64,000 nt of DNA from positions 32,001 through 96,000 of IMG/VR virus record IMGVR_UViG_3300045738_002140. One strand, 5' to 3'. The notes beneath the pieces are model-generated. The model did no database searches and was not told the DNA's origin. It worked only from the letters and a program-made list of their open reading frames with translations. Below are positions 17,883-27,972 of the stretch, piece after piece. The DNA is from a virus. How positions within the stretch are numbered: position 1 is the first letter of the stretch; every line of letters starts with the position of its first letter. A program made the position numbers and the translations under genes.

Positions 17883-18836
17883 CTAAAACTGTGGCCCCTC
17901 TTGTTCTTCCCCTTTGTCTGTTAGATATTTATTTATGGGGCCGATGTAGTCTGTTTCGGTTTGTTCTTTGTCTTTCGTATCTAAGTATATCCTAAAGCTC
18001 CAGTTAATTCTATTTTTATCTATTTCTTTAACAAAGTCTTGCCCTAGTACTTTGTATCTAAAGTAGTCTTTGAGGTTTACTTCTAGGTCGACGGCGTTTA
18101 TAAACTCGTCAGAAAAATCATTTTTTCTATAAAAATCTTCTAAGGAATCTAAAGTAGAAAGGTCTAGCCCCAGCGCCTTTTCGCAGTGAAGCCTAAACCT
18201 GAGTCGATTTGCTTCGTGAAAGTTGTGGACCTCTTGACCGAACCTCCCGTAAAGTAATTGGCAGTGATTTGACCGACCATAGACATAGTAGTATTTGGCT
18301 GGGTGAGCAAGTGCCGGTATAGCTGGGTCATCAAATCGGTTGCTACGTATGCATTTTTGTTTCTCTTCTTCTTCAAAAAATAAAACCTTAGACACTATAC
18401 CCTGAAGCCCCCAATGTGGGTTTGGAAAGAAAAACATATGATCAAAATATTTTGCTAAATGAATTTTGCTGTTCATGTTGATTGCCCCTATATTGTTCGA
18501 GTCAAGTTCTTCAATTTGTTCCCTTAAGGACGCTGCCCATTCTATGTTTACTCTGTCTGGGGAGTCTGCCAGAACAAACCAGTCTCCGTTGGACATGGTG
18601 CCCGCCCTCATGAATTCGTTCATCTGGAAGTCGTGGTCGTTCGTCCATTTTCTTCTTACTATTTTGCCTTGTTTTTTTCTATCATTCAAAAGTTCGTAGG
18701 TTCCGTCTTTGGAGAAGCCGTCAGTAAATACTAAGCCATCGAAGTGTTCCATAACCTCTGGGTTAGTCATCTCTTCTATATCCTTCAGCCTGTCTTGGGT
18801 TATCCCGCATAGCCATAGCCTTGGTTTGTTAATCAT
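17883..18836 (-). CDS. Putative glycosyltransferase (GT-A-like)
   Basis: DGFSKDGTYE motif, DxxD; located in the glycan cluster. Confidence 0.55.
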   Translation of the reverse strand: MINKPRLWLCGITQDRLKDIEEMTNPEVMEHFDGLVFTDGFSKDGTYELLNDRKKQGKIVRRKWTNDHDFQMNEFMRAGTMSNGDWFVLADSPDRVNIEWAASLREQIEELDSNNIGAINMNSKIHLAKYFDHMFFFPNPHWGLQGIVSKVLFFEEEEKQKCIRSNRFDDPAIPALAHPAKYYYVYGRSNHCQLLYGRFGQEVHNFHEANRLRFRLHCEKALGLDLSTLDSLEDFYRKNDFSDEFINAVDLEVNLKDYFRYKVLGQDFVKEIDKNRINWSFRIYLDTKDKEQTETDYIGPINKYLTDKGEEQEGPQF

Positions 18837-19590
18837 AATTTAAATTTGGTTTTTGTTTGTTGTGTTTTTCGTAATAGTTTTCGTTAAACTCTAGCTCGCT
18901 CGTGTCGTAGTTCCATAGATAGCTGCAGAAATCCTCTCCCCATCTGTATTTTTGGTATTCGCATTTCATTTTGCTTGTTTCATTATTGAGCCAAGTCATG
19001 TGCCTTATGTGGGCTATGTGTCTGGGAATTTCTAGGTGCGACGTGACTTTATAATCTGAACCATCATTGTAAATAACATCGTCGTCATAATAAAGTCGAT
19101 CAATCCCGCCATTGCACTTCATGTTAAATATCCTTGGTGGGCAAAAGCCGTCCACCCAAGTGTTGTCATTAAATAGGTAGTTCTTAAAGTTTATACTAAA
19201 CCAAGTTATAAATTTATTGAATTCAACGAACTTTATTATTTGTTTAATTTGATCCACCGTGTAGATCTCATCTAGCCCCAGTAGCCACATGTAATCGACG
19301 TCTTGTTTTTTAAGGTAATCTAGGCATATACTCTTTGAGTCTGCTTCGTCTAGTGGCTTTCTCTCTATGTGTAAAAAATCAATAATTTTTTCGTCATTGA
19401 GTTCTTTGAGTATTGACTCGGTATCGTCTGAGGACTTAGGTGGAAAACCAAGCTCTTGGTTCTCTTTAAAGCATACGTGTACGACGCTAATGGTCGTGTC
19501 TGATTCTTCTTTAAATTCGCCCCAAGGCCTAAGGGCTTCTTCTAAATACTCTGCGCAGTTATAAGCTGAAGATATTATTCCTATTTTCAT
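18829..19590 (-). CDS. Glycosyltransferase family 2-like
   Basis: IISSAYNCAEYL, SSDDT, LDE. Confidence 0.7.
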   Translation of the reverse strand: MKIGIISSAYNCAEYLEEALRPWGEFKEESDTTISVVHVCFKENQELGFPPKSSDDTESILKELNDEKIIDFLHIERKPLDEADSKSICLDYLKKQDVDYMWLLGLDEIYTVDQIKQIIKFVEFNKFITWFSINFKNYLFNDNTWVDGFCPPRIFNMKCNGGIDRLYYDDDVIYNDGSDYKVTSHLEIPRHIAHIRHMTWLNNETSKMKCEYQKYRWGEDFCSYLWNYDTSELEFNENYYEKHNKQKPNLNYD

Positions 19591-20780
19591 TATACTTGGT
19601 TTAAATAATCTGTTAGGTTTAGTATCTGGTCTTCTGACACTTGGCTGTGGAGTCCTACATATAATCCATTTTTGTGCAAATATTCTGCGTTCTTGAAGAG
19701 CTTGTAGTCTTCGTATTGCTTATAGCAGGTATGTCTTAGTATGTTGCCGCTAATTATTGGTCTGTATTCTATGTTTTTTTCTTTAAGATAATTTTTTATT
19801 AATTTTGATTTTCTTTTTTTGGATATAATTGGTAGACAAAACGGGACATTAACCCTATCGTTTACGTTGTCTGGCAATAGGTATTTACTTACGTCTAGGT
19901 TGGACGAATAGGTATTGTATAATTGTAGCCTATCGTAAGCATAGTCGTATATTCTCTTGAAATCTAAAAGCCCCATGAACGCCGCAATGTTTGTGCTTCT
20001 GTAGTTCCCACCGAGGGTATTAAAATCAAATGATGGATCGACTAGTTTGTTTGATAGGATTTTGGCATAGTCTTTAGACAAGTCGTATCTGTTGAGCTCT
20101 CTCGTAAGGCCATGACTCCTACCTAAAACATAAAAGACAAACTCCTCCTCGTCATTAGTGAAGATCATTCCTCCTTCTGATCCCGTGGTGGTCTGGTGGC
20201 CAAAGTATACGGAGGTGGAGGACGTCGGGCCAGAGCACACGTGTCTGTAGTCGTAGATATCTTCGTCGTAATATGAGCCAAAAGAGTTTTCGCAATTGTC
20301 TAGTTTTAATTGTACGCCGTACTTTTTGCATATGTTTTCGGCGCGAGGTATGTCTGGGGTAAGCCCTATAAGCGAAGTAAGGAAAACTGTATTTACTGAG
20401 TGGTTTTTAGCTTTAAGATAGTTTTCTAGTAGGTCTAGGTCAATAGAAAAATCTTTTAAATTTATATCAATAAATTTTGGTGTGAACCCATTGTTTATCC
20501 AAGGGCTAATAGAGGTTTGCCAAGTGACAGAGGGAAAAACTACTATTGGTTTTTTGGGATTAAGCCTCTTGGCGTATTGAGCTATCAATTCGTTGGCCGT
20601 GGACCCGCTGCTGACCATGAGTGCGTATTTAGATTTAGTATATTCTTTCCATCCCTCTTCATACTTTAGGACGTACTTGTCTTGAGTCCACCTGTTTGAT
20701 GGGTTAAGAAAAAATTTACAAATTTTAAGTCTATCTGACCAAGTAAAATTAGAATCATTTAAATGCCAGTTAAACTTCAT
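19590..20780 (-). CDS. ColD-like GDP-4-keto-6-deoxymannose 3-dehydratase (DegT family)
   Basis: VSSGSTAN, DNCENSFG, YFGHQTTTGSEGG with His at the usual PLP-lysine position, RSHGLTR. Confidence 0.75.
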   Translation of the reverse strand: MKFNWHLNDSNFTWSDRLKICKFFLNPSNRWTQDKYVLKYEEGWKEYTKSKYALMVSSGSTANELIAQYAKRLNPKKPIVVFPSVTWQTSISPWINNGFTPKFIDINLKDFSIDLDLLENYLKAKNHSVNTVFLTSLIGLTPDIPRAENICKKYGVQLKLDNCENSFGSYYDEDIYDYRHVCSGPTSSTSVYFGHQTTTGSEGGMIFTNDEEEFVFYVLGRSHGLTRELNRYDLSKDYAKILSNKLVDPSFDFNTLGGNYRSTNIAAFMGLLDFKRIYDYAYDRLQLYNTYSSNLDVSKYLLPDNVNDRVNVPFCLPIISKKRKSKLIKNYLKEKNIEYRPIISGNILRHTCYKQYEDYKLFKNAEYLHKNGLYVGLHSQVSEDQILNLTDYLNQV

Positions 20781-21660
20781 GACTCAGTATCCTTTCTGCC
20801 ACGCGATTGGGAAGGTACCACTCTGCAACCTCCTTGGCTTTTTCCATGTCAACTCCATCATGATCAAAATTGAGAACTTTTTCTTTGCAATCATCTGGAT
20901 TTTGAGCCTCGTAAAGTGGCAAAATGTCTCCCCATATTTCTCTTTTAATCGGTATGTCTGCGCTTAGGCATGGTGTTCCCATCAGGGCCCCCTCTATGGG
21001 TTGCATACCTAGGCCTGTGTATATTTCTGAGGCGATTAATAGATGGGCGTGTTTAATTAGGGTGTTGACATTTGCCCTGTCTAGCCAACCAAAATTTTTT
21101 ATTTTTATATCTGGAGCAACTGAGTTAAAAAGCTCTGGTGGGCAGGGTTCTCCAGAGACGAAGAGCTCAAAGTCTGTACCGTTTAAAGCCTGAACTACTG
21201 TCGATATGTTTTTTATGGGGTCCATCGGTCTACCAAAATAGTAAACATACGAGTGCCTTTCTCTTTCTTCGTAGTCGCGCTCACACGATAAGGCTGGTAT
21301 CCCTACGTGTCTTGAGTCTAGGCCGGTGTACTCTTTTAACACTCGGCTGGTTTCTTTTGAGATGGTCATCAACGAATCGCAATGTTCGTAGATTTTCTTT
21401 TCTTCGCTTAAAAGCTTTTCGTCGCAGATTCTAAATTCCCCATTGTGAACCCCATAGGACAAATCCAAAATTAAACAATACAGGGGTTTTCCTGAGCTTA
21501 TAGACTCTTCGTACGCAAGGTCTAGTTGAGATCTATCTATATTGAAAATGATGTCGTAGCCCCGTTTAACTATGGGGTGTCCGGATTTTCTCCACTCTTT
21601 CTCTAAGGACTCTAAGTATCCTCCCGGAGTTTTTTTGTATCCAAAAGTTTTTATTTTCAT
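20770..21660 (-). CDS. Glycosyltransferase family 4-like
   Basis: GRPMDPIKN, TGLGMQPIEGALMGTP. Confidence 0.8.
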   Translation of the reverse strand: MKIKTFGYKKTPGGYLESLEKEWRKSGHPIVKRGYDIIFNIDRSQLDLAYEESISSGKPLYCLILDLSYGVHNGEFRICDEKLLSEEKKIYEHCDSLMTISKETSRVLKEYTGLDSRHVGIPALSCERDYEERERHSYVYYFGRPMDPIKNISTVVQALNGTDFELFVSGEPCPPELFNSVAPDIKIKNFGWLDRANVNTLIKHAHLLIASEIYTGLGMQPIEGALMGTPCLSADIPIKREIWGDILPLYEAQNPDDCKEKVLNFDHDGVDMEKAKEVAEWYLPNRVAERILSHEV

Positions 21661-22763
21661 AGGCTATTAATCAGGCATTCAGAAACATAATCTATTTGGT
21701 TATTGGTTATTTCTGGGTAAATGGGTAGGCTTATTTCTCTTCGAGCTTGCCTTTCTGACTCTGGAAAGTCTCCCTTTTTGTGATTTAAATTTTTATAAGC
21801 TTTTTGGAGATGTATGGGTATGGGGTAATGTATTCCTGTTTGGACCCCCTTATCAAGCATTTTCTTGGCTACCTTGTCCCTGTGCGAAATAAAGACTGGA
21901 AAAAGGTGATACACGCACTTGTTGTCGGGGTTGATCTTGAGAAGCTGGATCTTCTTGTGTCCAGATAGGTTCTTTGTATATCTTTTTGCTGCTCTTATCC
22001 TTTTGTCTGTCCATTCGTTTATGTATTTTAGCTTTATGTTTAGCGCTGCCGCTTCTATTTCGCTCATTCTATAATTATTGCCCACTATCTCATGTTTATA
22101 TTTTTCGCTTTGCCCATGGTTAATAAAGGCTTTCATATACTCGAAAGCTACTTTCGAATTCGTAACTGCAGCGCCCCCTTCTCCGCATGTGCCTAGATTT
22201 TTACCGGGATAAAAGCTGAAGCACGTTATCAATGAGAACCAAGAAATTGGTGTGTCAAGTATTTCGGCTCCGTGCGCTTGAGCTGCGTCATGGACTAAGA
22301 ACTTCCCGCTCAGTTGGCAAAGCCTTGCGTATTCTACTAGGTTGCATGGATTGCCGTAAAGGCTGACGGGCATCACTATTTTTGTCTTGCCGTCTTCTAT
22401 CGCTGTTTCTGCTTTAGCTGCGTCCATTCCACCCGTCTTGTCGACGTCTATAAATTTGTGCCTAAGCTTGGGCATATAGGACACCGCTTCGCTTGTCGCT
22501 ATAAAACTATTTGGGGGAGTAACAACGTCCCCCTCTACTTTGAAACATGCTAACGCCGCATGTAACGCCGCGGTCCCGCTGCTCGTGGCGACGCAATACT
22601 TAACGTCACAATACTCTGAGAAATCTTCTTCGAATTTTTTGACCCTATCCCCAGCGGCGTAGCTGCCTGAGTCTACAATGCTGGAGACCTCTTCCATGAA
22701 TTCTTTTTTAAATAGCTTGTTCTGTTTGGGCAGATCTAAGAATTTAACATTCATTTTCTTCAT
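21657..22763 (-). CDS. DegT/DnrJ/EryC1/StrS sugar aminotransferase
   Basis: SSGTAALH, DAAQAHGA, SFYPGKNLG, GIHYPIP. Confidence 0.94.
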   Translation of the reverse strand: MKKMNVKFLDLPKQNKLFKKEFMEEVSSIVDSGSYAAGDRVKKFEEDFSEYCDVKYCVATSSGTAALHAALACFKVEGDVVTPPNSFIATSEAVSYMPKLRHKFIDVDKTGGMDAAKAETAIEDGKTKIVMPVSLYGNPCNLVEYARLCQLSGKFLVHDAAQAHGAEILDTPISWFSLITCFSFYPGKNLGTCGEGGAAVTNSKVAFEYMKAFINHGQSEKYKHEIVGNNYRMSEIEAAALNIKLKYINEWTDKRIRAAKRYTKNLSGHKKIQLLKINPDNKCVYHLFPVFISHRDKVAKKMLDKGVQTGIHYPIPIHLQKAYKNLNHKKGDFPESERQARREISLPIYPEITNNQIDYVSECLINSL

Positions 22764-23622
22764 ATCTTTTGAGTCCGTCTTCTAGCCTAATCGATTCTTC
22801 TCCGAGCAATTTATTCATCTTGCTCGTATCAAAAACGAGGTCTGTTTGTTTATAATGGGGTTTGGTGTACTGTATTTCTAGGTCTTTTTTGTATATTTTA
22901 ATTATTTTTTTTAAGATTTCTTTTATGGTAAGTGATCTTGATGAGCAAATGTTTATGGGGCCCTCATATTTTGTGAGGGGTAGGCTTTTGAGTATGAGGC
23001 TGCATACATCATCTACGTGAATCAGGCTTCTTTTGCTAAGCCCGTTTCCTGTTACTTGAGGGCTCTTGTTTTCTTTTATTCTTCTTATGGTTTCTGGTAT
23101 TATTTTTTTATATGACTCGTCCCCCTTCCCGTATACGTGACCTATTCTTAGTATTTGTAATGTAACGTCGTTTTCTTTTGCCCAAGCTTCAAGCATTTTT
23201 TCGCAGTACAATTTTGACCAGCCATATAAAGACGCTGGGGTTGTCTCTGTGTCCTCGTTAATGCGAGAGGTGTTTGTCCCTCTGTAAACATCGAGGGTGC
23301 TTGCAAATATTATTTTTTGGGGCTTATGTGGTAGTCTGTCTAGAAGGTATTGTGTATTTGTAATATTACTATTTGACTCCCTAGCTAAGTCAACCTCGTC
23401 TGGGGACTTTGGGGTGAATGCTCCAATGTGGAGGAGAGCGTATATATCTTCCCATGTTTTTTCGTAAGGCTTGGGGCAGCTTAGGCATGGCAATAGGTTA
23501 TATTTTTTGTTTTTTGTTTTTATCGGGATCACTCTATACTCTCTGGGGAATTTTTGAGAGATGAGCTCTGTTAGTCTTTTGCCTATGAAGCCACCCGTCC
23601 CTGTCACTAGGAGCTTTTTCAT
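22744..23622 (-). CDS. NAD-dependent epimerase/reductase
   Basis: TGTGGFIG, YGWSK. Confidence 0.88.
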   Translation of the reverse strand: MKKLLVTGTGGFIGKRLTELISQKFPREYRVIPIKTKNKKYNLLPCLSCPKPYEKTWEDIYALLHIGAFTPKSPDEVDLARESNSNITNTQYLLDRLPHKPQKIIFASTLDVYRGTNTSRINEDTETTPASLYGWSKLYCEKMLEAWAKENDVTLQILRIGHVYGKGDESYKKIIPETIRRIKENKSPQVTGNGLSKRSLIHVDDVCSLILKSLPLTKYEGPINICSSRSLTIKEILKKIIKIYKKDLEIQYTKPHYKQTDLVFDTSKMNKLLGEESIRLEDGLKRYEENEC

Positions 23623-24683
23623 GGCTCAAGCATCTCTTCTTGTATCTCTTTTTCTGTGGTTAGCATGGGGCATGTGTCCATGTTTCTTAGCCATAGGAGC
23701 CCGTCTTCTAGCGGGTTTATCTTTTTGTCTAGCGTGGGGAACCTATTGTATAGCGCTATGTCTTTAAATATTTTAGGCATATTAAGTCCAGCTCGAGTAA
23801 AAAAGAGAGACGTTGTAAAGAATCTTGAAATATTTATCTCTGTTGGGTTGGGGGCTCCTTCGCTGTCGTAGGTCATGTCAACTCCATAAATTCCATGAGG
23901 TTTTTCGTCTATGGATAAGATGGAGTCTTGGGCCACAGTGTCTACACTCTCTGAGGAAAACGTTTCCCCAACCTTTGTAACTCCGGTTACTCCGGATAAT
24001 GTTCGGTTGCCTAGGTTCCAAGACCTTCTTTTTCTGGTTTGAGCAACAACTAAGTCTCCTTCATACCAAATAGACAACCAAGTAACGCTATTTTTTGTGA
24101 GTAGTTCTGCTGCTGTAAACTCACCCCATCCGCTAAATTTACTTATCCACTTCTCTGCAAAATCATAGTCTCCGGTTGGGAGCGCCCCCCTGCCTCCGCC
24201 CCCCACGTTGGCTCTTAACCAAATTTTACCATCATTGTTTCCTAGGGTTTCAAAGGCTTTCTTGAGGTCTTTTGTGTTCTTAACGGTGATGGTTTTAGGG
24301 ATTTTTATTCCTGACTTTTCCCATATGGTTGCAGACTTTCCTTTGTCTACGCAGTTCTCTATTACGTCGTGCGGGGGCATGAAAACCTTAGTTCCCGTAT
24401 CGGTTATGCTGTACCTGAGTTTCGAGGCTTCTAATATTTCTATGTCGTTTTGGAAGTGGATTAGTTCTGGCTTCTCTCTGTTTAAAAGTTTTATTAATGA
24501 CTTTTTGTATCCTTTTTCTGTGGCGCACGGGACTATGTATTTTCTGGCGGCAGCAGAAAGCATAAGGTCGCTTGAGTCGCAGTTCATTCCTATTATTTCT
24601 TCTTCGTGCCCTCCTGCAAAAAGGCACTCTATCACGTTCTCGGAGGGGGTGCCTCCGGCTCCGGCTATTAGTATTTTAGACAT
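23619..24683 (-). CDS. ATP-grasp carboxylate-amine ligase
   Basis: GGGGRGA loop, GVDM...PTEIN. Confidence 0.8.
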   Translation of the reverse strand: MSKILIAGAGGTPSENVIECLFAGGHEEEIIGMNCDSSDLMLSAAARKYIVPCATEKGYKKSLIKLLNREKPELIHFQNDIEILEASKLRYSITDTGTKVFMPPHDVIENCVDKGKSATIWEKSGIKIPKTITVKNTKDLKKAFETLGNNDGKIWLRANVGGGGRGALPTGDYDFAEKWISKFSGWGEFTAAELLTKNSVTWLSIWYEGDLVVAQTRKRRSWNLGNRTLSGVTGVTKVGETFSSESVDTVAQDSILSIDEKPHGIYGVDMTYDSEGAPNPTEINISRFFTTSLFFTRAGLNMPKIFKDIALYNRFPTLDKKINPLEDGLLWLRNMDTCPMLTTEKEIQEEMLEP

Positions 24684-25653
24684 CGATTGGTTGCCCTTTA
24701 AGTTCTATGGATTTGTTGGTTGCCTCAATGAGTTCTACAACCCTTTTGCCAAGTTCGGGCCCTGAAATACACTCTCCTCCCTGTATACATTGACAGAAGT
24801 GTTTTATTTCTTCCTCTATGGCTTCTGAGTTGTCGAGCTTGGGGGAAAACATGTCTCCTGATCTGTAAGAGAAGACATTTTCGTCATAGCTTACCCCCTT
24901 GTCGTAGACCATAATTTTTTCTGAGGGTTTGTTATCGTCGTAAACCGCCATCTTCTCATCGCCGTTAAGTATTATTTGCCTCACCTTAATGGGAGAAAAC
25001 CAGCTGATGTGAATATGTGCAGAAAAGCCATCTTCGTAGGTTACGGATATGTTCGCCACGTCCGCATTTCCTTTCGGGGTGTGGGAAGCGCCGACAGCGG
25101 AGATTGTTTTTGGTTTTTTTTCTCCGACAAGATAGCTTAGTATAGAAAAATCGTGAGGGGCCAGATCCCAAACCACGTTAGAGTCTCTTTGGAATAATCC
25201 TAGATTAATTCTCACTGAATCGAAATGTTTAATCTCCCCCAAGGAACCATTTATTATTAGATTCTTTAGCTCTCTAACAGACGAGGTAAACAGGAATGTG
25301 TGTGCGACCATGAGCGCTAAGCCTTTCGCTTTGGCTATATTTTCTAGCACGCTGCATTCCTCGGAGCTCATGGCCATGGGTTTCTGTATTAGCACGCTCA
25401 CCCCGCTCTCTAGTACGTGCTTTGCGATTTTAAAATGGGTAGATATTGGCGTAGCTATTATTACTCCGTCTACATTTGAGTGTCTGCCTAGGGCAAGCTC
25501 TGCGTCGTCAAAGAACGCTGTGGCTGCTGGGATTTTTTTAAAAACCTCAACGTCTTTATCTACGATGAACTCTAAGTCAACGCCGTCAATTTTCTGGATA
25601 TTGCGAACAATGTTTGGGCCCCAGTAGCCGCATCCTATGAGTCCTAGTTTCAT
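24676..25653 (-). CDS. Gfo/Idh/MocA oxidoreductase (sugar 3-dehydrogenase-like)
   Basis: MKLGLIGCGYWG (likely start 25653), IATP..TH, QKPM, WDLAPHD. Confidence 0.9.
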   Translation of the reverse strand: MKLGLIGCGYWGPNIVRNIQKIDGVDLEFIVDKDVEVFKKIPAATAFFDDAELALGRHSNVDGVIIATPISTHFKIAKHVLESGVSVLIQKPMAMSSEECSVLENIAKAKGLALMVAHTFLFTSSVRELKNLIINGSLGEIKHFDSVRINLGLFQRDSNVVWDLAPHDFSILSYLVGEKKPKTISAVGASHTPKGNADVANISVTYEDGFSAHIHISWFSPIKVRQIILNGDEKMAVYDDNKPSEKIMVYDKGVSYDENVFSYRSGDMFSPKLDNSEAIEEEIKHFCQCIQGGECISGPELGKRVVELIEATNKSIELKGQPIDV

Positions 25654-26507
25654 TTTATTATTTGTTTTAGTTTTTCTTCGCCTATGTTCATGATTGATTT
25701 TCCTTCGTCCGTGAAGGCGGGGGGCGGCACTTTTCCGAACACTTCGTTTGTGTCTCCGTGATCCATGGAAAGGTGCATCCTTTGTATCGTCACGCACTGA
25801 AAGTGGTGGGCGTAAGAGCGACAATATACACCTGTGGTGAGGCCGAGTTTGCGGCAGTTGTTATACCAATCATAGTCCTCCCCTCCAGAGAGACCCACGT
25901 CTGTTCTGTATCGGGGGATCTTTTTCAGGGCTTCCTTTTTGATGTGATAGCACCCTGTCCAGAGTTGGCCTACGTGCGACACCGTTGGGAGCGTTAGTAT
26001 GTGTTTGTCTAAAAATGCCTGCTCTCCTTCCGGGTAGATTATTTTAAGGAATTTTAATATCTTGGCCTTGGACTCTGGGTGATCTAAGTATTTAGGCTTT
26101 AGTTTGTTATGTTGGGCTTTGTTGGCGTCGTTCCAGAACGGAACGTCGCCTTCTATGTGCAGTCCGAATGGGGTCCATGGGCTAGCGATATCTACTGGCC
26201 CGCCCTCAAGGAAGGGCGTTGACCACCCGGGAAACATGTAGTGGTCATTTGATATATACATTACATCTTGGCCTAGTCGCTCGCCCACATCCATAAGGTA
26301 GTTCACTGCATTTGATGAGCCATAATTATTGTCCAGCTTAAGAAGCGCGGTGTTGCTTGAGTCTATGTCCGTCTCGTCCAACCTGTCTTCGGACAGATTG
26401 TCCCACACAACCAAGTTGATTTCTTCTGGGGGTGTGTTCTTGTATATGGAGTCAATGCAAACCCTTGTGAACTCCGCGTGTCCGTATGTCAGTACTAATT
26501 GTATCAT
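25650..26507 (-). CDS. Glycosyltransferase family 2
   Basis: VVWDNLSED, NYGSSNAVN, ISND, GEDYDW. Confidence 0.8.
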   Translation of the reverse strand: MIQLVLTYGHAEFTRVCIDSIYKNTPPEEINLVVWDNLSEDRLDETDIDSSNTALLKLDNNYGSSNAVNYLMDVGERLGQDVMYISNDHYMFPGWSTPFLEGGPVDIASPWTPFGLHIEGDVPFWNDANKAQHNKLKPKYLDHPESKAKILKFLKIIYPEGEQAFLDKHILTLPTVSHVGQLWTGCYHIKKEALKKIPRYRTDVGLSGGEDYDWYNNCRKLGLTTGVYCRSYAHHFQCVTIQRMHLSMDHGDTNEVFGKVPPPAFTDEGKSIMNIGEEKLKQIIK

Positions 26508-26510
26508 ACA

Positions 26511-27320
26511 CTATTCATTCCATAGCCTTAGGTTGTGTTTGTAAACGGTATGTGTGGGCATATCTTCTTCTTTCGTCGGTATGTCATTTGTTTTTCCTGA
26601 CTCTATTTCCCAGTGGCTTTTCCAGAAGTTTTTGTTTCTTAACGCTCTGTCTGAAAAGTTTGCATACCCTAAATGAAATACAAAAAGGCCTTCGTTTTCT
26701 ATAAAATTTAAATATTCTTGCATAGAGTTTTTGCAGGAGTCTTTTGTTATGTGCGCTGACGAGCAAAGGCTTCCGTCTTTTTTTATTAATTCGCACGTGT
26801 CGCTTTTGGCTGTATCTACTTTTCCGTTGGGGAGCCTGCCGAAATCTACGGCCCCTCTATGTAGCCCGCCTTTGTGAAGGTACCATTTAAAATTCAAATT
26901 CATTTCATCATCCCACCTTATAGAATATGTGTCCCCCCAAAGGTTTAAGCTGGGGACTAGATAAGAATCAAAGTTGGAAAACCTCATCCTGTAGGCGAAC
27001 GTCTCCCACCTTTCTCTGTGCCTTATGGGGATTCGTTCGTCAAGATCTAAGTTAATTTTGAATTCTTGAGTTGTCGCTTGAAGTGCGGCGTTTTTTATTT
27101 TTCCGTCTAGAAGTGGGTCTTCATAGCTGAATTCGGTTTCTATTATCTTTAGGTTTCTTCTGTCTCTGGCTTCGTCCTTCAGTTTGCTGAGCGTGTCGTC
27201 TTCGCTCTCGTTGACAGCTATGACCACCTCGTTAGCAAAGAAACAAAAATTTTCTAAGGCTTTTCTGTAATCAAAATTATTCTTAATTAAGTTAAATGCA
27301 GAACTGTAAATAGATAGCAT
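26511..27320 (-). CDS. Glycosyltransferase family 2-like
   Basis: SEDDT, DLDE (DxD). Confidence 0.75.
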   Translation of the reverse strand: MLSIYSSAFNLIKNNFDYRKALENFCFFANEVVIAVNESEDDTLSKLKDEARDRRNLKIIETEFSYEDPLLDGKIKNAALQATTQEFKINLDLDERIPIRHRERWETFAYRMRFSNFDSYLVPSLNLWGDTYSIRWDDEMNLNFKWYLHKGGLHRGAVDFGRLPNGKVDTAKSDTCELIKKDGSLCSSAHITKDSCKNSMQEYLNFIENEGLFVFHLGYANFSDRALRNKNFWKSHWEIESGKTNDIPTKEEDMPTHTVYKHNLRLWNE

Positions 27321-27359
27321 ACCATATTATAAACTAATATGGCAAAAAGGCAATTTTTT

Positions 27360-27644
27360 TTACTTTTTGAGGTTATCTATTTTCTCTTCTAGCCTGTCGA
27401 ATCTGTCGTTCATCCTTTCGGCGAAGACTCTGAAGTCGTCTTTGTTGACGTATTTATCTGGAAGTGAGAGAGCGAGATCCGTAACCTTGCCAGTGAGCTC
27501 CCTGTAGTCTTCTGTTTGTTTGACAAATAATGACTGGTGTTCGTCTTTCATTTCCTTAAGCTGTGTGAGGACTAGTCTAAAGACCCAGCCAGCTATAATG
27601 GCGAAAACACCAGTGATTATATCAATAAGGTTTGCAATCTCCAT
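27360..27644 (-). CDS. Membrane-anchored coiled-coil protein (holin-like phage protein)
   Basis: One N-terminal TM helix, then ...FDRLEEKIDNL; likely start MEIANL at 27644. Confidence 0.6.
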   Translation of the reverse strand: MEIANLIDIITGVFAIIAGWVFRLVLTQLKEMKDEHQSLFVKQTEDYRELTGKVTDLALSLPDKYVNKDDFRVFAERMNDRFDRLEEKIDNLKK

Positions 27645-27663
27645 AACAATAGTAATTACACCC

Positions 27664-27695
27664 AAAAAAGAAAAGCCCCATAAAAAATGGGGCTT
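27664..27695 (-). terminator. Intrinsic terminator
   Basis: AAGCCCCAT/ATGGGGCTT stem followed by a T-rich run on the minus strand. Confidence 0.8.
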
Positions 27696-27717
27696 GGCGT
27701 AAGGTTTTTTATGTTGT

Positions 27718-27903
27718 TTACTTGTCGACCTTTACGCCAGCGCTAACAAGGGGCACCGTTAGGTTAACGTGGTTCCACCCTAACGATCCGCTTAGGCAGC
27801 TGTTTTTGTTAGCTTTTGGGCCAACGGTTACTGTGCTTGTGCAACCTGCCGCTGTACCTAAGAGAGCGACGGTAACAATGATGTATTTAAGTGTTTTCTT
27901 CAT
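27718..27903 (-). CDS. Small lipoprotein
   Basis: MKK-hydrophobic-AAGC lipobox; TTGACT-17-TAAGAT promoter 7 nt upstream of the ATG at 27903. Confidence 0.75.
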   Translation of the reverse strand: MKKTLKYIIVTVALLGTAAGCTSTVTVGPKANKNSCLSGSLGWNHVNLTVPLVSAGVKVDK

Positions 27904-27972
27904 TGAAATAATCTTATCATCTAGTGGGCAAAAAGTCAAACTTAAAATTTATATTTAAAAAAATAATTATAT

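Noticed and set aside
24676-25824. Long N-terminal extensions in track ORFs (also 13759-14292, 59048-60667, 48165-48539)
   Set aside because: The extensions overlap neighbouring genes; downstream ATGs coincide with the family N-termini or with normal gene spacing.
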